NCBI GenBank assembly: GCA_017513285.1
Contig: JAFXGD010000001.1
Location: 1-48,539, forward strand
Direction of reading: 5' to 3'
DNA: 48,539 nt
From: Alphaproteobacteria bacterium
GTDB lineage: Bacteria; Pseudomonadota; Alphaproteobacteria; Rs-D84
A program made the position numbers and the translations under genes. A model generated the notes under the pieces. It worked only from the letters and a program-made list of their open reading frames with translations, did not search any database and was not told the origin of the DNA. Position 1 is the first letter of the stretch. Every line of letters starts with the position of its first letter. Below are positions 6,534-14,907 of this stretch, piece after piece.

Positions 6534-7154
6534 ATGGAAAAAGAATTGCAAACCATCCCGACCGAAAAGGACTTTAATTTGTCCAAGGTCAAGTTGTTGC
6601 CGAAAGGCGGAATCCAAGCCGAATACCAAGTTACGCAAATCGTGGACGGCGAAACGTCATTGATTGACCGTAACGAAACGTGCAACCGTGACGTACACCC
6701 GGATTTGACCGGCTTGTTTGAAGATTTGCGCAACATCGTTGCCCGAACTTTCAACATTACGTCGTTCCTTTCCATGTTGGAATCCGACGAAATGAAATTG
6801 CCGGAATCGAAGAAGATGTTGGCCCGTTCCTTTGCCGATGAACTGATACAAAAAATTGAGGTTCGCGGCGTGGCGTGGTCCGGAACCGGCGACAAATCCG
6901 GCGTTGTCATTACCGCCGTGTACGAAACCGCGAACGGTTTGAAAACTTGCATCAATACCCCGCGCATTGTCCTTGCGACAATTTCGTTTGGGTTTGAGGA
7001 AGAATTGGAAACCATCGTGGAATCCATCAAAAAAGAGGTTTACGCGTATTTGTTCCGTGGGAAACAGGCCCAAATGTCGTTGTTCGGCGACAATGGCGCG
7101 GCTGATGATGAACCGGACCCGTTGGATAACCACGACGATATGCCCGCCGAATAA
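6534..7154 (+). CDS. hypothetical protein with an acidic C-terminal tail (206 aa)
   Basis: ORF track. The C-terminus is DDEPDPLDNHDDMPAE. Confidence 0.7.
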   Translation: MEKELQTIPTEKDFNLSKVKLLPKGGIQAEYQVTQIVDGETSLIDRNETCNRDVHPDLTGLFEDLRNIVARTFNITSFLSMLESDEMKLPESKKMLARSFADELIQKIEVRGVAWSGTGDKSGVVITAVYETANGLKTCINTPRIVLATISFGFEEELETIVESIKKEVYAYLFRGKQAQMSLFGDNGAADDEPDPLDNHDDMPAE

Positions 7155-7576
7155 TGGAACCGTTCTTGATTGATATCCGCGAACAATACGACCTTTGCAA
7201 AGCGCACGGAATCGAACCGTTGATTGACCGGCGTTTTACAATGGAAATCCGTTTGCGGGTTTCAATCCAACGGGAATTGTTCGGAACCGGCCACACCCCG
7301 GCGGAAAACGAACGGTTTTACCGGTTTTGTTGGGACCATTACCCGCACATTTGCGCGGAATGTATGCGGCCGTTGCGTCAATATTCGGCAACTTATGTAT
7401 CGCACATAATGACGCGCGGGGCGCACCCGGAAACCGCACACGATTGCCGGAACGTTAACATTCTGTGTTTTTCACACCATTCCGTTTGGGAAAATGGAAA
7501 TCGGAAGAATATGCGAATTTATCAACGTAATTTGCAAATAGTTGAAGAATTAAAAAAAGAGTATTCCGCTATTTGA
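7154..7576 (+). CDS. HNH-family nuclease-like protein
   Basis: CAEC...SHIMTRGAHPE...CRNVNILCFSHHSVWE fits an H-N-H spacing with flanking Cys residues. Confidence 0.45.
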   Translation: MEPFLIDIREQYDLCKAHGIEPLIDRRFTMEIRLRVSIQRELFGTGHTPAENERFYRFCWDHYPHICAECMRPLRQYSATYVSHIMTRGAHPETAHDCRNVNILCFSHHSVWENGNRKNMRIYQRNLQIVEELKKEYSAI

Positions 7577-7594
7577 TATTAACAATAAGGTTTG

Positions 7595-7602
7595 TAAATT
7601 TG
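7595..7602 (+). promoter_or_regulatory. -7 promoter motif TAAATTTG upstream of an HNH gene
   Basis: Matches TAnnTTTG, 25 nt before ATG 7627. Confidence 0.45.
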
Positions 7603-7626
7603 CATAGCAATATATTGTAAACATAA

Positions 7627-8217
7627 ATGGAAAACGAAATTTGGAAAGAAATTCCCGGCTATGCGGGAAAATATGAGGTTAGTAATTTCGGACGTGTTAA
7701 AAGTCTTGCCCGTAAGGTTTTATCCCGTAATGGCGGATTAAAGCCGATTCCCGAACGCATATTGAAACAATGCGTAATTAATGATTATTGCAACGTTATT
7801 TTGTGCGCCGATGGAAAGACACACAAACACGGATTGGTTCATAGATTGGTTGCGACTGTATTTGTTCCCAATCCCGAAAACAAACCTTTTATTGACCATT
7901 TAGACGGAAATTCAACCAATAACAGGGCCGATAATTTGCGTTGGTGTTCTCAAAGGGAAAATTGCCGGAATCCTATAACAACAAACCGAAATTCGATTGC
8001 AAAGCAAGGGGCCAACAATCCGCAATTTGGGAAAAGAAACGAACAGGTACATAATTCGCGGAAAATCGCTTGTTTTACAAAAGACGGAATATTTGTGCAA
8101 GTCTTTCCATCAATTGCGGAAGCGGTACGACAAATTAACGTCTTACAAAGCGGAATAACGCGTTGTGCTATGGGTAAGATTAAAACATCCGGCGGTTATA
8201 TTTGGCGGTATCTATGA
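7627..8217 (+). CDS. HNH homing endonuclease (NUMOD4/HNH_3-like paralogue)
   Basis: MENEIWKEIPGY...HRLVATVFVPNPENKPFIDHLDGNSTNNRADNLRWCSQRENCRN. Confidence 0.85.
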   Translation: MENEIWKEIPGYAGKYEVSNFGRVKSLARKVLSRNGGLKPIPERILKQCVINDYCNVILCADGKTHKHGLVHRLVATVFVPNPENKPFIDHLDGNSTNNRADNLRWCSQRENCRNPITTNRNSIAKQGANNPQFGKRNEQVHNSRKIACFTKDGIFVQVFPSIAEAVRQINVLQSGITRCAMGKIKTSGGYIWRYL

Positions 8218-8534
8218 AAGATTACAACGAATTGGTCCGGCGGTCAATCCGGAAAGACTTTGCCAAAGCGAATTTCAAACGGAATGGCCGCATACCAAAG
8301 ACGCCGCACCCGAAACACACCCGGCGCGTTGTTGACTTGAACGAAACAAGCGGGTACGCCCGATTCCGGCGTTATATCGTCGGCCGGTTGGTCCGGATTG
8401 TCGAAAGCGGCTACAACGGCGGATATTGGGTTGAATTTGTCCGGGACGCGGACCGGGACGCCCTAAACGCGGCGGCCGGTTGGTCAAAGGACAAACGCCG
8501 GTTCCTGTTGGATGGCGTAAAGTTTGACGAATGA
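8214..8534 (+). CDS. hypothetical protein (106 aa)
   Basis: ATGA start/stop overlap with the HNH gene. Confidence 0.6.
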   Translation: MKDYNELVRRSIRKDFAKANFKRNGRIPKTPHPKHTRRVVDLNETSGYARFRRYIVGRLVRIVESGYNGGYWVEFVRDADRDALNAAAGWSKDKRRFLLDGVKFDE

Positions 8535-8545
8535 ATTGATTTTTG

Positions 8546-8553
8546 TATATTTG
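8546..8553 (+). promoter_or_regulatory. -7 promoter motif TATATTTG for the HNH cassette
   Basis: Matches TAnnTTTG, at the same position relative to the leader as 3566..3573. Confidence 0.5.
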
Positions 8554-8557
8554 CCAT

Positions 8558-8650
8558 TGCGCGGATAGGATGAATTTGCAACCCATCCGAAAAGGTACGC
8601 CAATAGCCCGGCCGCGCATTTTCAATCTATTGGCAAAACTTAAATATTGG
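8558..8650 (+). ncRNA. Structured 5' leader of an HNH gene (copy 2)
   Basis: Outer stem TGCGCGG/CCGCGCA. Internal CCAATAG (8600..8606) is complementary to CTATTGG (8627..8633) and to TATTGG (8645..8650). Confidence 0.6.
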
Positions 8651-8655
8651 CAAAT

Positions 8656-9039
8656 ATGCAAAGTGAAATTTGGAAAGATGTACCCGGATTTCCGGGTTAT
8701 CAAGTAAGCAACGCCGGGCGCGTCCGTTCATTGCCGCGAACAGTAAAACGCGGGAACCATACAATGAACATTTCCGGTTCAATCTTGCGGTTTGGTACAA
8801 GTATGGGTTATCCCTTTGTAAACTTGCGAAAAGACGGCAAAAGTGTTTCGGTAAAGGTTCATAAATTGGTCGCATTGGTATTCGTTGAGAATCCGCAACA
8901 AAGGCCGGAAATTGACCATATCAATACGGACCGAAAGGATAACAGGCCGGAAAATTTACGTTGGGTTAATCGGCACGAAAACAATATGAACCCGATAACC
9001 CGTGAAAGAATGTCGAACGTTAAAAAACGAATAAAATGA
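8656..9039 (+). CDS. HNH homing endonuclease paralogue (short, 127 aa)
   Basis: MQSEIWKDVPGF...HKLVALVFVENP...EIDHINTDRKDNRPENLRWVNRHENNMN. Start set at ATG 8656 by homology with 3675. Confidence 0.8.
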   Translation: MQSEIWKDVPGFPGYQVSNAGRVRSLPRTVKRGNHTMNISGSILRFGTSMGYPFVNLRKDGKSVSVKVHKLVALVFVENPQQRPEIDHINTDRKDNRPENLRWVNRHENNMNPITRERMSNVKKRIK

Positions 9040-9461
9040 ACTTTGTTGTACTGAAAGGAAATGTTGGGCAAGACCCAAAGATTACCAATTTCCAAGATGG
9101 CGGAAAGGTCGCACAATTCACGTTGGCCACGACCGAACGCGGGTATGAAACCCGGGACGGCCGGAAGATTGAACCGCAAACAACTTGGCACAATATCGTT
9201 GTCAAGCGCACCGGCCTTGCGGGCGTATGCGAACAATTCGTGAAAAAGGGAACCCCGCTTTTGATTGTGGGAAAGATTCAAACCCGCCAATACCAAGATA
9301 ACGCCGGACAAACCCGGTACGTTACCGAAATCGTCGTGGAAGAAATGGAATTGTTGGGCGCGAAGAAACCCGAACAGGCCCCGGCCCCGGAACCCGAATA
9401 CAGGCCGACCGGCGATTACCGGCCGATGGGCGCGGACGATGATTTGCCCGCCGGATTCTAA
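9036..9461 (+). CDS. ssb: single-stranded DNA-binding protein
   Basis: OB-fold pattern MNFVVLKGNVGQDP...FTLA...TTWHNIVV...GKIQTRQY, a Pro-rich linker, and an acidic tip DDDLPAGF. Confidence 0.85.
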   Translation: MNFVVLKGNVGQDPKITNFQDGGKVAQFTLATTERGYETRDGRKIEPQTTWHNIVVKRTGLAGVCEQFVKKGTPLLIVGKIQTRQYQDNAGQTRYVTEIVVEEMELLGAKKPEQAPAPEPEYRPTGDYRPMGADDDLPAGF

Positions 9462-9472
9462 ACCGAACGATT

Positions 9473-9991
9473 ATGCAAATTGACCGCAAAGATTACAACC
9501 CGGACCAACACGACGTTTTCAAGGCGTTGTCGGTCAAACAACCATACGCGGATTTGTTAACGCGTGTTGTGTTCCGGGATGAATCCGGCGAATACCACGC
9601 CGCAAAAACAATTGAGGTCCGCACCCGGAACACCAATTACCGGGGCGACCTGTTGGTTTGTTCGTCGGCCAAACCCGTGGACCCGTGGGGCCGATACCCG
9701 GCGGGCGTCACTTGCGGTTTCGTTGAACTGTACGACGTTAAACCAATCGAAGATTTCACGCCGGAAGATTGGGCCGCAACGTGTATTCCCGAACAGAACA
9801 GGCCGCGCAAGGGTTACGGATGGATGATGCGCAACCCGCGCCGCGTCGTGGAAATGCCTATTAAGGGCCAATTGGGCGTTTACAACCTTATCGTGCCGAA
9901 AGGCGACATTACAGAATATCCCCGGGCAATGGCCTTGGATTCCGACGGATGGGATATTGTGCAACAACGTGTTAAACCGAAAAGAAAATGA
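9473..9991 (+). CDS. ASCH-domain-like protein
   Basis: LSVKQPYADLL...KTIEVRTRNTNYRGDLLV resembles the ASCH/PUA-like N-terminal strand-helix motif. Confidence 0.45.
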   Translation: MQIDRKDYNPDQHDVFKALSVKQPYADLLTRVVFRDESGEYHAAKTIEVRTRNTNYRGDLLVCSSAKPVDPWGRYPAGVTCGFVELYDVKPIEDFTPEDWAATCIPEQNRPRKGYGWMMRNPRRVVEMPIKGQLGVYNLIVPKGDITEYPRAMALDSDGWDIVQQRVKPKRK

Positions 9992-10164
9992 CAATCAAGA
10001 CCATTTTATTGCCTGTTGAAAAGGCGGCATTTGTCCAAAAGAACGCGGCCGAATATGGTTGCAATTTGGTTGAACTTGCCGTTGCCGGTAACAATTCGGC
10101 CAAAGTGACCGTTACCGGCGAAGATGATAACGTAAAAAAATTGTTTGACGAAATCGGGGAATGA
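9988..10164 (+). CDS. hypothetical small protein (58 aa)
   Basis: Hand translation starts MTIKTILLPVEKAAF. ATGA overlaps at both ends. Confidence 0.5.
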   Translation: MTIKTILLPVEKAAFVQKNAAEYGCNLVELAVAGNNSAKVTVTGEDDNVKKLFDEIGE

Positions 10165-10754
10165 TGGAACACAAAGATTATTGGAAACAGAAATTAACGC
10201 CGTTCGATGCTGAATTGGCGATAATGGTTGAATCCGTGACCGGGAAACCGTGCGAATTGAAGAATGGCGGCGACAATTTCTTTTTCGAAGCGGATTACGG
10301 GAACCACGCCAACGAACCGGATTATATCTTGGCCATTTGGGATGCAATAGAGGGCCGGACCGGAAAACGCCTTTTGGAAATCAAAGACGAACCCGAACGC
10401 CACGCCCTGTTTGTCCGTGTCAAGTTTTCCGATACCCAATACCCGGGAATCATCCGGGCAACGCGTGACCAATCCCCGCAAGAAACGTTCGGGAAAATCT
10501 ATTGTCACAAATTGGTCGAAATTCGGGCAATACAGGTTGAACGGGACAACGCCGAATCCGTATTGCAATTTGTAGGAAACGGCGAATGGGAAATTGAACG
10601 CCGCCCGGGCGGAAAAGCAATGTTCCATTTCCGCAATGCGGCCGGTTCCGTTTATGCACACGCGCCGGAACATTCATACATCGTTTATGTTGCGCCGGAA
10701 CGGTTCGAAATCGTGGATAAAGAAACGTTCGAAAAGGAATACGAATTACGATGA
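10161..10754 (+). CDS. hypothetical protein (197 aa)
   Basis: ORF track. Confidence 0.7.
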   Translation: MMEHKDYWKQKLTPFDAELAIMVESVTGKPCELKNGGDNFFFEADYGNHANEPDYILAIWDAIEGRTGKRLLEIKDEPERHALFVRVKFSDTQYPGIIRATRDQSPQETFGKIYCHKLVEIRAIQVERDNAESVLQFVGNGEWEIERRPGGKAMFHFRNAAGSVYAHAPEHSYIVYVAPERFEIVDKETFEKEYELR

Positions 10755-10927
10755 CGGAAAAGTTTATAAAACGACATTGCGAAAAATGTGAATTTCGGTT
10801 ATGGTCCCCGGGTGCAACTTGGTTGCCGGAACAATGCGGAATGATAACGGAAGATGGCGACGGAATTGTTTATGGGACATTGGAAAAAATGAACATTTCG
10901 GAATGTCGAAAAGGTTTTAAGAAATGA
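10751..10927 (+). CDS. Cys-rich small protein (58 aa)
   Basis: Hand translation gives MTEKFIKRHCEKCEFRLW...EQCGM...ECRKGFKK. ATGA overlaps at both ends. Confidence 0.5.
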   Translation: MTEKFIKRHCEKCEFRLWSPGATWLPEQCGMITEDGDGIVYGTLEKMNISECRKGFKK

Positions 10928-11283
10928 ACGCAATTGTAATGACGGAAGAATATTGGGCCAATTCGATGTTTTCGATTGCCCGATATTATGGCAAAATTTC
11001 GGTTGATAATCACGAATACGTCGTTGTTGACAAACGCGGCCACGACATTTTCGAATGTTCCATTGAAGCGGAAAAGGCGGGCCGGGAAAAAGCGATTGAA
11101 CCCGGGAAACCGTGCGATTTGTGCCGGGTTGATTTCGTGCCGATTTACCGGAAATTGGGACGGGAACAATTCTTGTTGTTGCCAACATTCGGTATCGTTA
11201 TTGATGATGGCGGCGTTTGGTTTACCGTCGCATTTGCCTTTTATGGCGTATCGTTTCGCGTGTACAGGTTCCCGGGCAATTGA
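10924..11283 (+). CDS. hypothetical protein (119 aa)
   Basis: ORF track. Confidence 0.65.
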   Translation: MNAIVMTEEYWANSMFSIARYYGKISVDNHEYVVVDKRGHDIFECSIEAEKAGREKAIEPGKPCDLCRVDFVPIYRKLGREQFLLLPTFGIVIDDGGVWFTVAFAFYGVSFRVYRFPGN

Positions 11284-11315
11284 CACCCGGGAATCGTTAT
11301 GTTTTGAAAATTAAC

Positions 11316-11323
11316 TAACTTTG
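11316..11323 (+). promoter_or_regulatory. -7 promoter motif TAACTTTG upstream of the packaging genes
   Basis: Matches TAnnTTTG, 17 nt before ATG 11340. Confidence 0.4.
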
Positions 11324-11339
11324 CAAAAACTGAATCGTT

Positions 11340-11891
11340 ATGCCAACCAAAACAGAACAGACCGAACCAAAGAAAAAGGGACGGAAACCAAAATGGACCG
11401 ATGCCAAGGTGGAAATAATGTGCAAGGCCATTGCCGCCGGTAAATCGTACAAAGATGCGTTTACGGCCACCCGTGTTTCCAAGGCGACGTTTTACGCCCA
11501 TTTGGCCAACGATTCGGACTTTTCGGACCGTGTAAAAAGGGCGGAACAGGAATACCAAGAATGGTACGATTCCCAATTGGTCGTTGACTGTAAACGTTCG
11601 TTGTTGGAATTGGTACAGGGTTACGAATGGGACGAAACAACGACGGAATCGGCGTTGGACAAAAACGGCAAAATGGTTGAGGTCAAAAAAAAGGTCGTCC
11701 ACAAAAAGGCCGCCCCGAATCCAACGGCGATTATCTTTGCGTTGTGCAACCGCGCCCCGGGCGAATGGTCCAATAAGCACATCCAAGAATTGACCGGCAA
11801 GATTGAAACGGAAACCAAACCGGGCATTACCTTGGCCAACGTTCCGGATAACCTGTTGGCGCAAGTTATTGACGCGATAAACGGAAAGTAA
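11340..11891 (+). CDS. terS: terminase small subunit
   Basis: GRKPKWTD..., an HTH-like segment (SYKDAFTATRVSKATFYAHL), and NPTAIIFALCNRAPGEWSNKH typical of this TerS type. Located upstream of TerL. Confidence 0.65.
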   Translation: MPTKTEQTEPKKKGRKPKWTDAKVEIMCKAIAAGKSYKDAFTATRVSKATFYAHLANDSDFSDRVKRAEQEYQEWYDSQLVVDCKRSLLELVQGYEWDETTTESALDKNGKMVEVKKKVVHKKAAPNPTAIIFALCNRAPGEWSNKHIQELTGKIETETKPGITLANVPDNLLAQVIDAINGK

Positions 11892-11892
11892 G

Positions 11893-12060
11893 ATGAAAGC
11901 AAAAATTACGTTCATATTGCAAGTTGATGGGAACGACCCGGAAGCGGTCGCGGAAATGATGGAAATAAAACGCCAAATCGAAAGCGGCGATTTTCAACGC
12001 GGGATGCGCAAAACAGGCGTTCGAAAGGTAATTGCCACGTTCGAATATATGGAACGATAA
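11893..12060 (+). CDS. hypothetical small protein (55 aa)
   Basis: Hand translation starts MKAKITFILQVDGNDPEAV. Confidence 0.45.
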   Translation: MKAKITFILQVDGNDPEAVAEMMEIKRQIESGDFQRGMRKTGVRKVIATFEYMER

Positions 12061-12230
12061 TGGCGGGATTCAGTAAGACGGACGGACCGGCCGACCCGAA
12101 CGAAGATGTTATTATTATCCATTTGGGCCGGTCGTTGACCGACGAACAGTTTGAACGGGTGCAACAATCCGTTATCGCGTTTATGAACGCACGATGGCCG
12201 GATATTGCGCACATCGGTATTGACAATTGA
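12060..12230 (+). CDS. hypothetical small protein (56 aa)
   Basis: Hand translation starts MAGFSKTDGPADPNEDVIIIHLG. Its ATG overlaps the previous TAA. Confidence 0.45.
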   Translation: MAGFSKTDGPADPNEDVIIIHLGRSLTDEQFERVQQSVIAFMNARWPDIAHIGIDN

Positions 12231-12334
12231 TTGGCCGGAATATATTAACAATGGGTTTATGTTTCTCAAAATTCGTTTCAGTTGGCCCAAAGGCGGCGAA
12301 ACCCGGCCCGTCGCCAATGGGCCATTTTTGATTT

Positions 12335-13879
12335 ATGGACGTTGATACGATGCAAATAACCCGGGCGTTGTCCGAACACCCGGAATTGTTCTTGCAAGAG
12401 GGCGCACGGCGAAACCTGTTGTGGTTCGCCCAATATATGGATTCGAACTTTCAACCAACGCCGTTCCATAAAGCGTATTACCGGGTATTGGATTTGTTCG
12501 CCAAACGCCGGATAAAAAAACTAATCATACAGGCCCCGCCGCAACACGGCAAATCCCAAGGTTCAAGCCGGTTTCTTCCGGCCGATATGTTGGGATTGTA
12601 CCCGGATATTCGGATTTGCATTTGTTCGTATGCGGCCACGATTGCAAAGGATTTCAACCGGGACGTTCAACGGTTGATTGATTCGGAAAGTTACCGGGCC
12701 GTTTTCCCGGAAACAGTATTGAACGGGTCCAACGTCGTAACCGTCGCCAACAATTACTTGCGCAATTCGGACGTGTTCGAAATCGTGAATCATACCGGTT
12801 CGTTGCGCGTCGTGGGGCGTGGCGGTTCTTTGACGTCAAAGACGGTTGACGTTATGATTTACGATGATTTGTACAAGGATTCGTCCGAAGCGAATAGCCC
12901 GATAATCCGGGCGGCCGCGTGGGATTGGTTTACAAAGGTCGCACAAACCCGTTTGCACAACGATTCCCAACAACTTATCGTGTTTACGCGATGGCATCCC
13001 GACGACATTATTGGCAAAATCATTGATTCGGAAATGGTCGTGTTCGTCGAATCGTGGGCGGACCTTGAAAACATCCCGGCCGGGGCGTGGGTATTGGTCA
13101 ATTTCGAAGCAATCAAAACAGGCCAACCAACGGAAATTGACGGCCGCGAAGCCGGGCAACCGTTGTGGGCGCAACGCCATTCGTTGGAACGATTGTTGGC
13201 GCAAAAACAATTGGACCCGTTGGGTTTCCAATGCCTGTACCAAGGGAACCCGGGCGACGCAACGGCGTTTCTTTACCAACCGTTCAAAACGTGGGTCGAA
13301 AAAAAGGATTGGGGCCAATATATCCGTTCGGGTTGTTACGTGGATGTTGCCGACCAAGGCGACGACTTTTTGTTTGCCGCGTCTTATGACATTTACAGGT
13401 CCGAAAACCAAATTTGGAATGAGAACAAACGCCGGTACGAACCGTTGTTGTTCGCCCTTATAACCGACATTGAATTTACCGACGAATCAACGGACGTTAC
13501 GGCCGTAACCGTTCCCCGGTTGATAAACAACAATGGCGTTCAAAAAGCGTGGATTGAATCGAACAACGGCGGTTCCCAATTCGAAAAGACCGTGAAAAAA
13601 AAGGTTCGGGCGTTGACCGTTCCGTTTTACCAAGGCGAAAACAAAGAATCCCGAATTGTCACGGATGCGCCGTTTGTCAATCAACATATCATTATGCCGT
13701 TCGGATGGGAAACCCGGTACAAGAAATTCCACGACCATATCGTTGGATTCTTGCGCAAGTTTGACGCGAACGAACACGACGACGACGCCGACGGATTGAC
13801 CGGCATTTACGAAAAGGAAATTGCCGACGGCAACACAAAACCATACGGCGCGGCGTCCCGTGGCGTCCGTGTCCATTAA
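12335..13879 (+). CDS. terL: terminase large subunit
   Basis: Walker A-like QAPPQHGKSQ, Walker B VMIYDDLY, and nuclease-domain acidic motifs VDVADQGDDF and ESNNGG. Confidence 0.85.
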   Translation: MDVDTMQITRALSEHPELFLQEGARRNLLWFAQYMDSNFQPTPFHKAYYRVLDLFAKRRIKKLIIQAPPQHGKSQGSSRFLPADMLGLYPDIRICICSYAATIAKDFNRDVQRLIDSESYRAVFPETVLNGSNVVTVANNYLRNSDVFEIVNHTGSLRVVGRGGSLTSKTVDVMIYDDLYKDSSEANSPIIRAAAWDWFTKVAQTRLHNDSQQLIVFTRWHPDDIIGKIIDSEMVVFVESWADLENIPAGAWVLVNFEAIKTGQPTEIDGREAGQPLWAQRHSLERLLAQKQLDPLGFQCLYQGNPGDATAFLYQPFKTWVEKKDWGQYIRSGCYVDVADQGDDFLFAASYDIYRSENQIWNENKRRYEPLLFALITDIEFTDESTDVTAVTVPRLINNNGVQKAWIESNNGGSQFEKTVKKKVRALTVPFYQGENKESRIVTDAPFVNQHIIMPFGWETRYKKFHDHIVGFLRKFDANEHDDDADGLTGIYEKEIADGNTKPYGAASRGVRVH

Positions 13880-13913
13880 GGCCGTTTTCGGGCGATTTGA
13901 CGGGCTTTTGTGG
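13880..13913 (+). repeat. Phased T-tract/GC 11-bp repeat array (GGCCGTTTTCGGGCGATTTGACGGGCTTTTGTGG)
   Basis: Read directly. Related arrays at 21053..21094 (inverted), 36571..36605 and 40023..40082. Confidence 0.6.
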
Positions 13914-13979
13914 AAAAGATAAGGAATTACCCATTTTTTGAAAGAAAAGCGATTTAACGCGTTTTTTATAAAAAATAAC

Positions 13980-13987
13980 TATTTTTG
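13980..13987 (+). promoter_or_regulatory. -7 promoter motif TATTTTTG
   Basis: Matches TAnnTTTG, 60 nt before ATG 14048. Confidence 0.4.
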
Positions 13988-14047
13988 CAATCGGAAGCGG
14001 TCAAGGGTCAACCGTGGAAACATCAACAATTAAAAACATTTTGCATT

Positions 14048-14713
14048 ATGTCACTTATTTGTCAATGCCCGGCCGCCGCCGCAATCACGACCATTCCCGC
14101 CGTCGCTTGCCCGGAGAATTTCGGCCAAATCCAAAAAGTTGCGTTCCAACGTTTGCGTCAAGCGGACGGGACCGTTAACAAATTCACATCTTCCGCGTCT
14201 ATCTTGTTGAAAGCATCTTGGACCGCGTTGTTGGCCGCCGCCAACGGAACCAAAATCGTGGTTTCCCCGTACATCAACGCACCGGCCGATTCCGGCGGCG
14301 ACGCCCGTATGACGTCCGGCGGCAACGATGATTTGGGCGGAATCCCCAACGTTTTGGGCGGCAACCCCGTTCAATTCGACGGTTCGTTGCGTTCCGTTCC
14401 GCAATCCGTCATTAAGGTAATGAAAGAATTGCAATGCGAAGCGAACGCCGGAAACCTTGGCGTGTTCCTGTTCGACGAAAACGGGAAAATTGAGTGCATC
14501 AAAGAAACGGTCCCCGGCACAACCCCGGCAACCAATTATTTGCCAATCCCGATTCGTGCGTTGTTCATCGGGTCCAAGATTCACGGCAATTTCGACGCCA
14601 AGGATTCCAACGCCATTTCGTGGCAATATCCCGACAATTATTCCGACGATTTGACCATTGTCACGCCGACCGACTTTAACCCGTTGACCGATTTGGTCCC
14701 CGCATCCGCTTAA
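14048..14713 (+). CDS. hypothetical virion-module protein (222 aa)
   Basis: ATG at 14048 is preferred over the TTG at 13985 because the promoter motif lies at 13980. Located between TerL and the candidate portal. Confidence 0.65.
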   Translation: MSLICQCPAAAAITTIPAVACPENFGQIQKVAFQRLRQADGTVNKFTSSASILLKASWTALLAAANGTKIVVSPYINAPADSGGDARMTSGGNDDLGGIPNVLGGNPVQFDGSLRSVPQSVIKVMKELQCEANAGNLGVFLFDENGKIECIKETVPGTTPATNYLPIPIRALFIGSKIHGNFDAKDSNAISWQYPDNYSDDLTIVTPTDFNPLTDLVPASA

Positions 14714-14715
14714 TT

Positions 14716-14907
14716 ATGAACGCCAAGACAACCACGGTAACGTTAATCGCTAATGGCGTTACCCGGGAATTTGAGTTTTCCCACGCGGAACGGTTGTTGA
14801 GGATGCCGAACAACGGCGGTTGGCAATTGCCGGAAAAATCGAAATTCGAATTTGTAGATTATGGGTTACGACGTCGCCAAGATAAAAAAGGAAATAGCGG
14901 AAAATAA
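14716..14907 (+). CDS. hypothetical protein (63 aa)
   Basis: ORF track. Confidence 0.5.
   Translation: MNAKTTTVTLIANGVTREFEFSHAERLLRMPNNGGWQLPEKSKFEFVDYGLRRRQDKKGNSGK

Noticed and set aside
12251-12331. 26-codon ORF (MGLCFSKFVSVGPKAAKPGPSPMGHF) in the gap before terL.
   Set aside because: It is too short and featureless to support. The gap may simply be the terL leader.
13985-14047. N-terminal extension of the 14048..14713 gene from the TTG start at 13985 given in the ORF track. Similar upstream alternative starts exist for 36745, 39184, 40253, 43492, 22864, 34900 and 38089.
   Set aside because: The extensions overlap promoter motifs, leader hairpins or the preceding gene. In each case an internal ATG directly follows the regulatory elements or forms an ATGA/short-overlap junction.
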